A stretch of 64,000 nucleotides of DNA from contig JAAOMT010000240.1 of NCBI GenBank assembly GCA_016748015.1, positions 62,001-126,000 on the forward strand, in the 5' to 3' direction. The notes beneath the pieces were generated by a model. It saw only the letters and a program-made list of their open reading frames with translations, had not been told where the DNA came from and made no database searches. Positions 1 to 11,974 of the stretch are shown here, piece after piece. The stretch comes from Geosiphon pyriformis uo1. Lineage: Eukaryota; Fungi; Glomeromycota. The position numbers and the translations under genes were made by a program. Positions within the stretch are counted from its first letter, which is position 1, and the number at the start of each line of letters is the position of its first letter.

Positions 1-569
1 AGTTATATTTGACATAACAATAACAAATTATTAATCATAAATATATTTATAAAATGGGTAAAATTAATTACAATATACAATGAATTACTTGTAATTTAAT
101 CACTATTCATATATATAACATGTACATGTTTTATAATAAACATAAATTATATATTTTTTACATATTATTAACCAGTTGAACCATTAAAATTACATTATTT
201 TAAAACATTGTGTTTATACAGTTTTTTACATAAAATTTTTTCTTAAAAAGTATAAATATAATATTAAAACTCTAAAATATTTAATAAATTTAAAAACAAT
301 ACAATTTTTTAGTTTTAAATATACTTTTAAATTTTTTTAATGATTAATAAATAATATTTTTTATAATACAAAATTTAATTTAATTTAAAAATCAATATAA
401 ATTATTTTAATTTTTGTTATTAATATATATTATTATTTAAATTTAGTATTAATTACTTAATTAATAATATATTAATAAAAAAATATTTTTTTTATAATAT
501 ATAATACTTTTTTAAACAATTTTAACAATTTGTTAATTTTTATATATTATATTTATTTTATAGTTAACA

Positions 570-615
570 CAATAACAACAACAACAACAACAATAACAAC
601 AATAACAACAACAAC

Positions 616-645
<30 letters not shown>
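570..645. repeat. (AAC)n/(AAT)n microsatellite in AT-rich desert
   Basis: Visible aacaacaac...aataataat run. Confidence 0.9.
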
Positions 646-648
<3 letters not shown>

Positions 649-1825
649 TAAATATATTATTTATTATTATTAAAATATATTTATAAAAGTTTAAAATATA
701 TTTATAAAGAAAAACTATAATATATATTAAGATGCCAAAAAAAACTTTTTTCTTTTTTTTATTTCAAATTCCCTAAAAAAAAAGTCAAAGAGTTTTTTGA
801 AAGAAGTTTTCTTTATTATTCAGTATAATAAATTCAAACTGTTTTTGCTTGATTATGAGGCCACTGTTGGCCCTAGTATTGTCATTCTGAATAAGTCTAT
901 CATAAAGTCTGGTTCTAACATTGGTGTTAAATCTGTGAAATCCAAAAAAAAGAGGAGAGATGGTGCTTTGAAAGATAGTGTTAGTAATAAAAAGATTGCT
1001 GCTATGGTATTAAGTGGTTGTTTCTGGAGTTCTGAGACTGATAATACCACCAAGTCAGATAGTATAGACATGAAAGAGAAATTTTTGGTTGAAGAAACCA
1101 GCTTTAATTATGAAAAAAATGGTGCTCTCACTAGTGAAGACTCGGAACAAACTCCTAAGAGTTCAAAAATTCAGACCAAAAAAGCACTGAGTAAACCACT
1201 AGGGAAAATTAACTTTTTAGATGATAATGGTGATGACATTCTCTTGGACAAATCTGTGGTTCTTCCTTTTCCTTTGAAGAACTTGGTTAATGTTTCTGTT
1301 CGTAAATCTTTTGCTTTGAATATTGGGCTAAACAAAGTAGCAGGAAAATTTTCTCAAGAAAAGTACACAGTAGTCAGGAAATTGTTTTCAGAAATCAATG
1401 GTTTTGGGAGGGTGTCTACTCCTTCAAAATTTGCTGGGATAATTAAAGTAATATTCACTTTCGAATCAAATTTAATAAAAGTCACTGATAAGACTACAAG
1501 TGCAAAGATTGTAGTAAATACTAATCTCAAAAAATCTGCTGAGTGGTCAAATCGAGCTGTGGTCATAAAAAAAATTCAATTGGGATATTGGCTGAGGCTG
1601 TGTATGCTGTACTATCTGAGTATGAAATAATTAAGGCGATCAAGATACAATTAGTCAGGCTATAACAGAAGGCTATGGTGGAATTTGAACAATTGGATTA
1701 TGCTAATTTGGTCACAGCAAGATGGTCTATCTTAATCAGGAAAGATGTAATGTATGTTGCTAGAGTAAATTTGGATAAAAAAACATGAATTGCAAGAAAT
1801 CAACACAAGGCATTGTTCTATATGC

Positions 1826-2603
1826 TGTTACTCATAAAAAAAAACAGATATAAGAAAAATAGTAGACCAATAAAAGAGTAATAGTTAGCACATGAGCATA
1901 TTGCTCAGCAATGTGGAACAATGTCAGAAATTATAGCATATTGCTTAACAATATAGAGCAATGTCAAAAATCATGACATATTGTTCAGCAATATGGAGCA
2001 ATATTAAAAAATTAAGACATATTGCTCAACAATATGAGCATTACTCAAGAAATCATAGCACATTGTTCAGGAATGTGAGTGATTTTATAAAACATTAATT
2101 ATGTATATATAGTAGTAGCATTAGAAAAAAAAAAGACAGATTTCTCAGTTTAGATTTAATTTAAGCAACCTTCTACATCACAAATATCAATAAATAATTA
2201 TTCACTATCTTAATCCACTTCCCACTATTAACACTTCATGTTGATAGTAATTGATACTTAATCACACTGGAACAATAGCTCTTGATCATGACTATTAATG
2301 GGATACTAACATTTATTGTCTTGGCTTATTTTTTTATTTTCTTTATTTCTTTTATTTTCTTTTGTTATTTTCTTTTTTGTTGTTTACTAATTGATTAAGG
2401 ATTAAGTGCTAAATTATTGACATCAAGAATTGCCTGGTAAAAAACTCCTATGAGTGGGTAGAGCATGTAAAAAAATTACAGATTACTTACCAGAGAAGTA
2501 CTGGTCATCAAGCTAAAGAAAGAAATTGACAGAATTGCAATTCTGGGAAGCTACAAATAAACAACTATTGAATCTTTGTCCATTATACAAAGAACTCAAT
2601 CAA
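1826..2603 (+). repeat. 5' LTR (3'-truncated)
   Basis: Colinear with 3087-~3864; lacks the last ~110 bp of the 3' LTR. Confidence 0.85.
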
Positions 2604-3086
2604 TAAACTGATCAGATAAAATAGTAGAGAAAGTAAAGAACATTTTTGGAAAGATAACCATTATGGTTCTAACAGAAAAACTGGCAAAAAAAAATTAGAA
2701 CAAATGGATAAACCAACTTCTAATACCATATTGCTATTATTAATTAGAATGAAAAATAGATATTCAAAAGTTATATTTTGACAAATCCAAGAGAATCTTT
2801 AATCAAGAAATAATCCAGAATATTGAAGACATTATTGGAAAAAAAACAAATTTGACACTACACATTAGGATTATTTATCGACTACACACTATATTTCAAA
2901 ACTACTTAGAGATATTGTTACACTTAGACATGGAAACAATAACCATCAACCAATAGGAAAGAATGAACAACTCACAAATTAAAAAAATAAAGAGTAGGGT
3001 GGAACAAACACTATTGAAAAAAAAAGTATTTGACATAATTCAAAATGAGAATTTCGATGGAGCTCAATATTAAAAAGAGAAGATAA

Positions 3087-3973
3087 TGTTACTTATAAAA
3101 AGAAAACAGATATAGAAAAAATAGTAGACCAATAAAGAAGTAATAATTAGCATGTGAGCATATTGCTTAGCAATGTGAAGCAATATCAGAAATTATAGCA
3201 CATTGTTCAGCAATGTAGAGCAATGTCAGAAATCATGGCACATTGCTCAGCAATATAGAGCAATATTAGAAAATTAAGACACATTGTTCAGCAATATGAA
3301 TATTGCTCAAGAAATCATAGCACATTGTTTAGAAATGTGAACAATTTCATAAAACATCAATTATGTATATATAGTGGTAGCATTAGAAAAAAAAAGACTG
3401 ACCTTTCAGTTTAGATTTGATCTAAGCAATCTTCTACATTACAAATATCAATAAATAATTATTCGCCATTTTAATCTACTTCTCACTATCAACACTTCAT
3501 GTTGATAGTAATTGATACTTAATCATACTGAAACAATAGCTCTTAATCATGGCTATTGATGGGATACTAATATTTATTGCCTTGGCTTATTTTTTTATTT
3601 TTTTTATTTTTTTTATTTTCTTTTGTTATTTCCTTTTTTGTTGTTTATTAATTGATTAAAGATTAAGTGCTAAATTATTGACATCAAGAATTGTCTAGTA
3701 AAAGACCTCTGCGAGTGAGTAAAGCATGTAAAAAAATTACAAATTACTTATCAGAAAAGTACTGGCCATCAAGCTGAAGAAAAAAATTGACAGAATTGCA
3801 ATTTTGGGAAGCTATGAATAAACAACTATTGAATCTCTGTTTATTATATAAAAGATTTAACCAAAACCTTCAGATAACAATATCTTCAGATTACCATTAT
3901 TATAAATAGCTTTTGAGCACCAAGTTATGGGTTTTGTTATTTAATTTGAGACCCCAAATAATCACTTGTAACA
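3087..3973 (+). repeat. 3' LTR (~887 bp, complete TG...CA)
   Basis: Starts TGTTAC after the polypurine tract, ends GTAACA. Confidence 0.85.
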
Positions 3974-4824
3974 ACACTACCAATGGGAATAAATACTTAT
4001 AACATCTGAGACTTTGTTGGATCTGTGAATGGGAAAACATGTGTCATCAATCATCATCCAGTTATATATACTCAGACTAGGTGTACTGTTATTTGTTTTG
4101 ATTCTGCTGAGTCACTGGATGCCATCATGGAAACCACACTAGTGCTAAGGGGTGCTAATTTGCACTGGTCTCATCTGATTCTTACTGAGTGTGCCAAGTA
4201 TGAGAAATTGGGTTATATGTTATTGGACTGTACTACTAATGAGAAAGTTTTTTCTGGTATACTATTGCATAGAGTGCTTTCGGACATGGATAAAAGCAGA
4301 CTGGCTGTAATTTATGTCAAACATTCAGCTCCAGTTGCTTATTTTGTTTCTTTTAGTGGTCTTTCTTGAGCAAAGGTTGCTGGCAGGTCTTCTTTCTCCC
4401 CTCTCTCTGGTCATAGTGTTTCAGTAAAAAGTGGCTTCTCTTTGAAGATAAAGCCATCCCTACTGGTTACAATAGAGGTTAATGATAGGTTTGCCATTCT
4501 TGAACACAGTTTCATCAGTCTCGTGGAGTAAGTTAATAAGCTGGCTAAGAGGTTGAATGCACTTGGACCAACAGTTTCCTAGCCTAACTCTAGAAGTTAG
4601 CTGTTGGTGACCTTTTCATTACAGGATCATGGGACAGATGTAGTAATAAGTGAGAATTTAGGTGTATTCATTAGTGATAAGACTGTTGCAGAAGCAGTGT
4701 CTTTTGATGTGTCTTTGGTGTCCAAGCTGGAAGACAGCATAAGATGTCTAATGAAAATGGTACTAGGCCTTTTGGCCAAAGTAAATAGTCTTGGTGCAGG
4801 TTTGGTTTCCCAACTCTTTTCCCA

Positions 4825-7800
4825 ATAAGTAATTTGGTTTAGAAGATTGTTATGTGCAATGTTAGAGGAATGAACAATTCTGTAAAGCAAGATGATATTA
4901 TTTGTTGACACAAAAACATGAACAATGTAATCTCTATTTTTACAGAATCAAAGCTGAAAGAGAAGATTTGCCCCTGGATTGTAAACAAGTTTAATGGAGT
5001 TTGGGTGTTTACTTCTGGTTTGGAATCTGGGTATTTGGGTGCTAATATTGCAATTATTATGGATTCTTCTTTAGTAAAACATATGTGCAAGATTTCTAAG
5101 ATGTTTAGTCAGCTTTTGTCTATTAAATTACTATTCAAGAACAAACTTTCTGTGTCAATTTTGGGGCTTTATGCTGGTGCATCTTCAGCAGTTTGGTTCT
5201 CTTAGGCTGGTGAAATCAACTCTTTTGTTGCAAAGACTGTGAATAAATCTTCTTTCATTATTTTTGGGTGTGATTTCAATGAAAACAGTTTGAGTATGAG
5301 TATAAGTTTCAAGAGGTGTCTCGATTTGGAGCTGGTCAACTTTCTGTTGGATAGTTTGGTCATAAAAAGTTCTACATGAAAGAATTCAAGAGGTGTAAAA
5401 AAAACAATTGATTATGTGTTGGTTTCATCTAATTTGGTCAATGCAGTGGTTGAATGCAATGTTCTGGATATTAGCAAATACTTTGACACTAATTATCAAA
5501 CTGTTTTTATGTCAATAAGTCTGAGTAATTTGCTGAATACTTAGTTGATTTCTCTTTATAAATAGACAAATAAGAATTACTGAAAGTTTGATTTTAGAGG
5601 TGCTGATAATGCTAAATAGAGCAAATTTAAAGATGCTATAGCAGTGAATGCTGCAATGTTCTCTGATGATTTTGTTGTTTCCAAGCATTTCTTGGATCTG
5701 GATGTAATGTGGAACATTGTTTACAAGGTAATGTGTCTTTAGCCAATAAGGTTTTCAAGAAAAAATGGTTCAGAGACTATGATAGTATCTTCACCAATGA
5801 AACCTCTAAGTTTCACAAGCTGGAAATTTTGGTGTCAAAAATTGCCAAATCTTTGCACAAGGGTATTGGTGGTGCTTTTGAATCTTTGATAGGCCATTGA
5901 AAGATTTTGGATGTTAATAGAGCTTTGCCTGTTCGGATTCTGGTAGATTTTGGTGCGAGTTTAGATTGTGTGCACTTGGCTCTTTTTAGTGTATAAAAAT
6001 CATATTGTGCCTCTAAGCTTGCCAAGTCTTTGCAAACTGAGGAGTCAAAAATTAGGTCAGCTATTAATAAACAAATAGATAATTTTGCAATCAATAAAAG
6101 TCACATGATCAGAAATGTGTTGGAGCATTCTTATTGAAAGGTGGTTTTAGACTATTTGGTAGTTGAAAATGAGCTGATTCTGGAACCTAATCTGGTTAAG
6201 GCCAAGGTAGATGTAATTATAGAAGGATAGACTAAAAAGTGTAAAGTGGTGGAGAATTTCTTTGGTGATTGGCATTATCAATATTAGTCTTTAGAATACG
6301 TTTTTGACGATGCTTTTTTAAGTATAATGTGTTCAATTAGTTTTGGTGAGTTGTTCGGTGTGGTTTCTAATCTGCCTGATGGCAAAGCTGTCAGTTTTTC
6401 TGAGCTCTCAAATAAGCTTTGGAAGCAGTGCAATAAGTCAGTCTTAGATATGCTCTTGGTGCTTTTGAATTCCTGCTTGTTCTATGAGTTGGTGCTTAAT
6501 GCTTAAAAGAAAGCCTGGGTCTTAATGATTCTGAAACTGTATGAGTGGAAGGGAGTTCTTACAAACACTTGACCTATCGTCTTGATTGAGACCACCTGCA
6601 AGATTTTTTTCAAAGTTTTCTCAAACAGAATTTTCTCAGCATGCATCACTTTTGATGTTTTGCAAGGAGACAATTTCTCAGTTTTAAAGGGTATAACAAT
6701 GCAATCTTCCATCTTTGCCATTGGTTTGGTTGTTGAGGATGTGTTAAAAAAGAACTGCAAACTCTGGCTGGTCTTGCAGGACATGTGAAAAGTCTATAAT
6801 TTGGTTGAGTGGAAACATCTTAGGAAAAACTTGGTCAGAATAAAGATGTGCAATAAATTTATTAGATTTTTTGGGAATATTCACAATGGTTGTGTCAACA
6901 GAGTTATGACTGATTTCAGATTGATGAATGGATATTGGGTACATGATGGCTTAGATTAAGGAGAAATGTTTTTGCCTCTTCTTTGGCCCATATTTTATGA
7001 TCTCCTACTGTATGAGATTAAGCATCAGAAAAGTATGCGTGGATATAAGTTAAATTTTTATTTTGTTTTTAGTAATAGTCATGTTGAATCTCAGGCTGAA
7101 CTTTTTTTTTTTTACTGCTGGCATCTTTGTTGATGATACAATTTGGATTGGTAGCAGTCAGAGTACTATTCAACATATTCTCAATGTTGCTAGTGAATTT
7201 TTTTGGATCAATGACATTTCAATTAACAATGACAAGATGGTGGCCATTTTCATCAATAACAGGGTCAGTGTTTCTTTTTTTTCTATCAGTGGCTTGCCTA
7301 TTTCTATTGCCAAAAGGGGTAAGTCTTATTAGTATCTGGGTATTTTTCTTTTTACTGAGGGTTTTTCAAAGCCTAGTTTGGCTAAAGTGCATTTGGATAT
7401 TTGTTTTTTTGCCAATTTGGTTCTGAAAAAGGCCATCTCAGATAAGCAGTTTTTGTATTTGGTGTTAGTGGTTCTCTATCCTATAGTCAGCTATAGAATA
7501 CAGTTTAGCTTTGTTTCTTTTAGTGTATGCAACAAGTGGGATGCTTTGATTTATAAAGACTTAAAGCTTAAGTCTGGTCTGTCTTTTGACTTTCCTGGTA
7601 ATACAATTCACCATCCTGTCTTTTATGATTTAAAGTCCTTCTTGCAAGTTCAGTTTGAGAGTAAGATTGCTTTCTTTGTTTGTTTTGTGAACTCTGTTGA
7701 GATTTTGAATTGCTTATTTTTTTACAGGTCTTATAACTTGCAAGTTTTGTGTTAGTATCCTGTTTATCTATTGAGTTTTCTTGTTCGTATTTATGTCAGT

Positions 7801-9534
7801 GCTTTTAATAACTTTCTGGTGGGCATGATTTGTATTCTTCTTGATTGCAATTTGTTTTTGAGTGGCTTATTGGCCAGTTCTTTTTGGTTTCATGATGAAG
7901 TGCCCATGTCTGTCATTCTGGGCAAGTCAAGATTTTACAAATTCTTCTCTTCTCTCTAGCAGTATAATATTGTCTTTGTAAAACAGCTTCATAATCATTA
8001 TAGTGATGTCTTTGACTGGTATATCTTCAAGTGTTGGAAAAGATTAGACTCCCATGGTCTTGTTCTTGAATGTTTCAAGCTTTCTGCTGTATTTCTTACT
8101 GGTTCACCCTCTTTTTCTACTCCTCTCATGGTTTTAAGTAGTATTGGCCTATTGAGCATTTTTGATTTTAATGATTATGTGTCTGTTTGTAAACATCTTT
8201 TTTGGGTTGATACTGGTAGTTTGTTTGTATATACAGATAGATCTCTAAAGGGTTTGGACACAGTTGGCTGTAAGGCTGGCATTGCTGCTTTTTTTGAAGA
8301 CATTAATTTGAGTTTAGGCATTAGTGTGTTAGGGTTGATGTCATATACTTTGGCTGAAATGCAAGCTATTGCATTGGCCTTGGAGTGTGTTCTTTTATCT
8401 AGCTCTGTTTATCTGTATTTAGATAGTCAGTCTGTCTTGAATGCTTGTAGTTTAGAATTAAATCTGGTTCATTCTGATTTTCATAATTGGTGTTGAGTTA
8501 AGTGTTAGCATATCATTAATGTTATTTGTAATAAGAATCTGAGAGTTAGTTGGTACAAGATAAAGAGTCACTTTGGCATTTTAGGGAATAAGTGTGTTGA
8601 CATGTTTGCTGGTGCCACTTCTTTTTCTGGTCAGTTTCTTCTCCTTCGCTTGAATGAATGTTTCTTGATGGCTAATGGTAGTATTGTTTCTGGCAATTTT
8701 TAACACTTTATTTATGATGTTTTTCATTCCATTTGTTGTACACATTGGGAAGTTGGTTCTAGTTCTAAGTTTTTGGCAAATAGTTTGCTTTCTGAGGTTA
8801 ATTGGTTCTGCTCTTTATTAGTGTGGCATCTTGATTTGCACATGGTTGCTGGTTTTACTAGCAGACCCTCAGCTAATGTGTGTACTTATTTTATAAAGGC
8901 TTTGTATTATTGCCTGCCTATAGTTATTCAAAAGTGCCTCTATAATAAACTTTATCTTAGTGTTTTGTGCTTATATTGTGATAATGTGGAGATGTTAGAT
9001 TATGTGTTTTCTTGTAAAGTTGATGATTTTGCTTAACATTGGTTGTTGGATTCTCATGTGAATTCTTAGAAGTTGTTTTCTGGTTTTTTCCATTCTTCTT
9101 CAAGTATATTGCAGTTGTTGTTATCCTGTGTTTCTGGTTTCTCTGTGTCTATGGCTTTTTATAAGGGCTTTGTCTTTGATGGTTGGTTTTGTGAGGCTGT
9201 ATCTGTCTTCCATAATTCCAAGATTGCTAGTCTGGAAGTTGTTAGATTTGTGCACTCTCTTAGTCTTGCTTTTTGGGAGAATATCTGGTTGGTTTGCACT
9301 AAACATTGCATCTATATGGAGAAGAATGGGTTGATTTCTTTTGATGGTTTGGCTTCCATTTTGGTTTCTGGTTTGGCTTCCATTTTGGTTTCTGGTTTGG
9401 CTTCAGAACTTTCTACTGGTGTGGTTAAATTATTCAGTATTAATGAGACTTTTGGCATGTGTTTTGGCTTTCGCCAGTCTGGTTTTTTTCTTTCTGGCAT
9501 AGGTAATCTGGTTTCAGTTCATATAGCTGCATAG
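4825..9534 (+). pseudogene. LINE A ORF2 remnant (APE endonuclease, RT, RNase H, C-terminal Cys/His finger)
   Basis: Successive fragments match LINE B ORF2; stops mostly at Trp/Gln/Arg positions; 24-bp tandem duplication (GLASILVS)x2 near 9345-9405. Confidence 0.9.
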
Positions 9535-10945
9535 TATTGTTCTGATCAGTCCAAGTGGCTGGTCATGTGTAAAAAGTGCATGATTCACACCTAATATAGA
9601 TTATTTCTTTGATGTATAGAACTAGGCAGTGTTTGGATCTTACTCGTTAAGCAATAAAAAAAAAAAGATGCCAAAATAATAAAATTAAAAATTATGAAAT
9701 TAGTAATAATTAATATAATATGAATTAAATTTTAATTATAAAACTTAAAAATAAACATAAAAAATAATAATTTAATCAAAAAAGTAATATATATATAAAA
9801 ATTTGTTAATTAATTGAAAATATATATAAATTAAAATTAAAACAAAATTAAAATGTATTTTTAATTTTATCTTGTTATGTAATCAGATTAAATATATATA
9901 TTAAAATCAAAACAAATTGAAAAATGTATTTTTAATTTTGGTTTGTTATGTGATCACAATTTTTTTTTTACCATTTATTAAGATTAAATATAAATTAATA
10001 AGCATAAAAATTTTAGATTTTGTAATTTGTTTTAAAAAAAAAAACAATATGATCTATGTATATTTAATATAAGATAATAAAATTTCGACAGATCCAAGTA
10101 GTTTTAGTCACAATTTAATTCATATATATATATTTTAAACATATTGTATGTATTAAAATAATAGATTGTATTTGAATTATATTTACATAAACAATTAAAA
10201 AAAACCCTCCCCCCTCATTTTTTATTAATAATATTTTTAATTTATTATTATTATTATTTGCAAATTTTTAAAAACTTTAAAAAAAACACGATTATTGTAA
10301 CACAAGCTTTTTAACAAAAAAATAATAATTAAATGTTTTATCATTGAAACGTAATTAAATATGATAAGAAATAAAAGATAACAAATAAAAGATAAGAGAT
10401 AAGAATCTTTTATATTCATTTTTTCTTATTTTGTTGTAACATAGTTTTTATGTGAAAAAAAGATTTATAAGTGATTCAATTTAAATTAAGTTTTGAATAG
10501 TGTATCAGTTTGAGATTAAAATTACTAATAAATCTTAAATTTTATTTTGCAGAAAAAAAAAATAAAAAAAAAGATTTCCAGTAAATCATTAAAGTTGATT
10601 CTAGGCTAAATAAATTTCCCAGTCATTCGTTTAATTCATTTTATCGATATCTAATTCACTCAATTATTGAACTTTTTTTCTTACAATGATTCACTTTCTT
10701 AGTAATACAGTGGTGTAATAATATTACAAAAAAACAGTTACAATAAAATTATTTCCGACCAAGAAAATTTTCTTTTAGTTAAATTTTCAAAAAAGTTTTA
10801 ATAGTTAATTTTGATGTGGATGTAAATTCTATTTAAATGAAAAATGATTAAAATACAAGAAAAATTACAAAATATCTAAAAATGAATAAATAAGAAAAAT
10901 TATGTTGAAACAAATATTTTCAATAAATTAAAAAATTAAAACAAA

Positions 10946-11919
10946 TTAAAAAGCAAAAAATAAAAATATGGGAGAAAATAAAGATATAAATCCAATAATT
11001 AATTCAAAATTTCTTGATTTATTAGCAGCAGCGCTAGAAGTGGTAGGTTTTGATGTATTTGACGTAGTTCTTGTTATAACGGTCGTAGAAGGAGTTGAAG
11101 ATGAAGTGTCGCTAGAGCTTTTTGATGAAGTATCAGTATCAGTAGAAGTTAGAGTTGATAGTTTGTTAGTGCTGGCAGTGGTAGTGGTAGTGCTGGTAGC
11201 GGTAGTGGTAGTAGTAGTAGTGATGTTGGTGCTACTGCTACTGTTACTGTTACTGTTACTGTTACTGTTACTGTTACTGTTACTGTTACTACTGCTGCTT
11301 TTACTGGTAGAAGTTGATAATGAAGAAGTGGTAGAAGTTGTTGATGAGGTATTTGCTGTTGAAGTGGTTTTTGAAGGGGCGAGAGTTCCTGGAACACCGT
11401 TTATTGTAAAGTAATGAGAATAATTATAATTATTATCTTTACCAGAGCCAATTCCTACAGTGTATTGGTCACTAGTAAAAAAAAAAAGGATGAGTTAAAA
11501 AACAAAATAGGTGAATAATCAATTCAAATAATCAAATTCAAATTCAAATAATTAATGAAATTCAAATATTCAAATTCAAATTCAAATAATTAATAAATTA
11601 ATTTGATAACTTACGAACTAACGAAATCCTTTGGAACGGTATAAGTGACAGAACCAGCACTAACAGGAACATCGGTAGCAATAATTGTAACAGTTTGTAA
11701 AGAATCTGGTGGACCAGCTCTTAAAACTAATGTAGCTTTCTCAGGATTATTATCACCATCGGCAAACCAACTAATTTTCACTTGATCTCCAGACTTCCAA
11801 ACAGTTCCATCAACCGGGTTATTAACACGTAACTCGGCTTGAACATATGAGCTGAGTAAAGAAGTGCCCAAGAGAATGAGACTTGTGAAAGCTTTTAATG
11901 AATGGGATTTGAAAAACAT
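10946..11919 (-). CDS. Secreted Ser/Thr-rich GPI-anchored protein (Kre9/Knh1-like N-terminal domain); exons 11919-11615, 11471-10946
   Basis: Signal peptide MFFKS..LLGTSLLSSYVQA; NNP..GTVWKSG..VKISW domain; GT-AG intron 11614-11472; S/T-rich stalk with (SN)n; SSAAA omega region plus hydrophobic tail. Confidence 0.85.
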
Positions 11920-11946
11920 TTTTTGGTTTTTGTAAGTTGGGTAAAT

Positions 11947-11974
11947 TGGGTTAGGGTTAGGGTTAGGGTTAGGG
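11947..11974 (+). repeat. Interstitial telomere-type repeat GGG(TTAGGG)4, followed by (GTGAAT)n
   Basis: Directly visible. Confidence 0.9.

Larger units (their letters stand above)
1826..3973 (+). mobile_element. Internally deleted LTR retrotransposon (probably Ty3/Gypsy-like) nested in LINE A ORF1
   Basis: TGTTA...TAACA termini; direct repeats 1826-~2603 and 3087-3973; purine tract AAAAAGAGAAGATAA before 3087; 4-bp TSD ATGC/ACAC. Removing the insert restores LINE ORF1 (FYTLPMG). No pol remains, so the superfamily is inferred. Confidence 0.88.
797..4828 (+). pseudogene. LINE A ORF1 (gag-like) remnant, interrupted by the LTR insertion at 1826-3973
   Basis: Fragments 797-1630, 4025-4369 and 4604-4828 are colinear with LINE B ORF1 (RKSFALNI..VRKLFSEINGFG, GKTCVIN); many stops. 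Confidence 0.85.
741..9664 (+). mobile_element. Full-length decayed non-LTR retrotransposon (LINE copy A; ORF1 + APE-RT-RNase H-zinc finger ORF2) containing a nested LTR element
   Basis: 12-bp TSD AAGATGCCAAAA at 729-740 and 9665-9676; 3' poly(A); 5' and 3' ends resemble copy B. Motif remnants: CNVRG, TES, DFN, IDY (APE); LQDM, QG, FVDD, YLG (RT); YTD, AEMQA, LDSQ (RNase H); CLYC..E...C. Confidence 0.93.

Noticed and set aside
1896-2080. CRISPR-like array (palindromic repeats at regular spacing)
   Set aside because: Units are ~40-bp tandem copies without unique spacers, inside an LTR of a eukaryote; no cas genes.
10968-11414. Plus-strand poly-Leu/Val membrane-like ORF
   Set aside because: Antisense shadow of the Ser/Thr-rich exon of the GPI protein.
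11947-11974. True telomere
   Set aside because: Only four full units, with unique sequence on both sides.
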